Shown here: positions 45,645 to 46,850 of the stretch, piece after piece
Position numbering within the stretch: the first letter of the stretch is position 1
How the letters are laid out: every line of letters begins with the position of its first letter
IMG/VR virus record: IMGVR_UViG_3300028594_000069
Coordinates: 1-46,850 of that record
Strand: one strand, 5' to 3'
Length of the DNA stretch: 46,850 nt
DNA from: a virus
Lineage: Duplodnaviria; Caudoviricetes
The notes under the pieces: model-generated
What the model was told of the DNA's origin: nothing
Seen by the model: the letters and a program-made list of their open reading frames with translations, nothing else
The model's database searches: none
Translations under genes and position numbers: made by a program

Positions 45645-46592
45645 ATGCATTACTTAGACGATTACAAAACATTCGAAAGTAAGGCGGAATTAAACAACGC
45701 CATTTATCTTCATATACGAAATAACACGCACGTACTAAACGAAACGGATCGGGCTGTATTAAAAATGGTCGCAAGGTATGCGGTCAAGTATTACGGAGCA
45801 GCCCACTTGAAGGCGGCAACGATCGCAGATTACGTAGGCAAGTCGGAAAAGACCGTAAGAAGAGTCGTAAACAAGCTCGTAGCTTTAGAGATTATCGAAA
45901 AGTATGCGACTCTTCGAAAGATCAACGGAGGCAAGGGCGCGAATATTCTCGTAATCCTTCCGGCAGCGGAGAGTTTGGCGGAAGAGGGCGTACCTAATTC
46001 CGTATACAATTCTGTAAACAAGTTTACAATCGATGCAAACAGGGAAGATTTGACAGAGGCTTCGACAGGGGCTTCGGCAGAAAGAGAAGCTCAACGTGAC
46101 CAGTCGATATTGTCCAGTCGTGAGGGTTCGGAAAACAGTGATAACGCAAAGGCGGAAGAACGTTATTTCGAAGAAGAACCATCGTATTCTATTAAGCATT
46201 TAAAAAGCACTTATAAAGATACTCGTTCGCCCGTTCCGGCAAATGCATTGCGTTCGGCGTTGCCTCACGCGATCTATAATGCGATGGAACCGTTCTTCAA
46301 TGCGGAAGAAATTTACAAATACTACGGCTTGCTACTCAAAGCAAAACGAAAAGTCAGTCCGAATACCCTTATCGAACACGATCCGGAACCTTACATAGAG
46401 ACATTTAACGCCGTTATGCTGAAATTGAAACAAGGTAAAATCCGAAACCTAGAACGTTACCTGTACGTTGCATTCGAAAAAGCAGCCGCAACAGTTGCCC
46501 GGAAGTTGAACCTAGAACGAAGTAGCGATAGCCGAAGTAGCGATAGCCGGAACAGTCTCTCGTTATTCAGCGAATGGCTTGCGGCGGAGTAA
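45645..46592 (+). CDS. Winged-HTH replication-initiator-like protein of Bacillus plasmid type
   Basis: LKAATIADYVGKSEKTVRRVVNKLVALEII, GGKGANILVI, C-terminal KIRNLERYL. Confidence 0.65.
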   Translation: MHYLDDYKTFESKAELNNAIYLHIRNNTHVLNETDRAVLKMVARYAVKYYGAAHLKAATIADYVGKSEKTVRRVVNKLVALEIIEKYATLRKINGGKGANILVILPAAESLAEEGVPNSVYNSVNKFTIDANREDLTEASTGASAEREAQRDQSILSSREGSENSDNAKAEERYFEEEPSYSIKHLKSTYKDTRSPVPANALRSALPHAIYNAMEPFFNAEEIYKYYGLLLKAKRKVSPNTLIEHDPEPYIETFNAVMLKLKQGKIRNLERYLYVAFEKAAATVARKLNLERSSDSRSSDSRNSLSLFSEWLAAE

Positions 46593-46664
46593 AAGCCGAA
46601 CGTTCTACGCAGGGCTTCCGGAGGGAACTTCGCAGGGAACTCCGAAAATATTTTCCGTAGCCTA

Positions 46665-46693
46665 TTGACGAATAAAATAATGCGTGATATAGT
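46665..46693 (+). promoter_or_regulatory. sigma-A promoter of RNA gene cluster
   Basis: TTGACG-17-TATAGT. Confidence 0.75.
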
Positions 46694-46700
46694 ATTAAAC

Positions 46701-46786
46701 GTCGCGTAATAGTCGTGGAACGGGGCAATCCCATTCGGCGACTAGGAGAAAGACGCGGTGCTTTCGGAGCAAAAGCGCGTCACGAC
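46701..46786 (+). ncRNA. Unidentified structured RNA preceding tRNA
   Basis: GTCG/CGAC closing stem, TAGTCG/CGACTA arm, GACGCG/CGCGTC arm, starts at predicted +1. Confidence 0.5.
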
Positions 46787-46797
46787 AAGGTTCATAC

Positions 46798-46850
46798 GCC
46801 GGTGTGGCGGAATTGGCAGACGCGTGGGACTCAAAATCCCGAAGAAAGTT
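46798..46850 (+). tRNA. tRNA-Leu(CAA), truncated by window end
   Basis: GCCGGTGTGGCGGAATTGGCAGACGCG, anticodon arm TGGGA-CT-CAA-AA-TCCCG. Confidence 0.85.

Overview
About 47 kb of a siphovirus-type phage from a Bacillus-like (Firmicutes) host. It is probably a temperate phage-plasmid, and no host genes are recognisable. Layout: (1) 1-14.4 kb, + strand: DNA and nucleotide metabolism (PD-(D/E)XK nuclease, RuvC, ribonucleotide reductase alpha/flavodoxin/beta, PhoH, dUTPase, nucleoside 2-deoxyribosyltransferase, 3D-domain protein, dNMP kinase, C5 methyltransferase with several TRD-like segments, sigma-region-4 HTH). (2) 14.4-19.6 kb, - strand: early/anti-defence operon of small acidic genes including ardA, driven by four tandem sigma-A promoters that share an operator with the promoter of an XRE gene. 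(3) 19.6-22 kb: repeat-rich non-coding region with a recombinase-core-like site and a small tyrosine recombinase. (4) 22-45 kb: complete packaging, head, tail and lysis modules. (5) 45-46.85 kb: small membrane gene, XRE, plasmid-type Rep-like HTH protein, a structured RNA and a truncated tRNA-Leu(CAA). The most notable hypothesis concerns a TAAAA-N6-TTTTA inverted-repeat site. It bounds two CG-poor gene cassettes in the early operon and also flanks, in frame, the two receptor-binding-like modules of the tail spike, suggesting a cassette-exchange recombination system. All product calls come from motif recognition by eye; no database searches were run.
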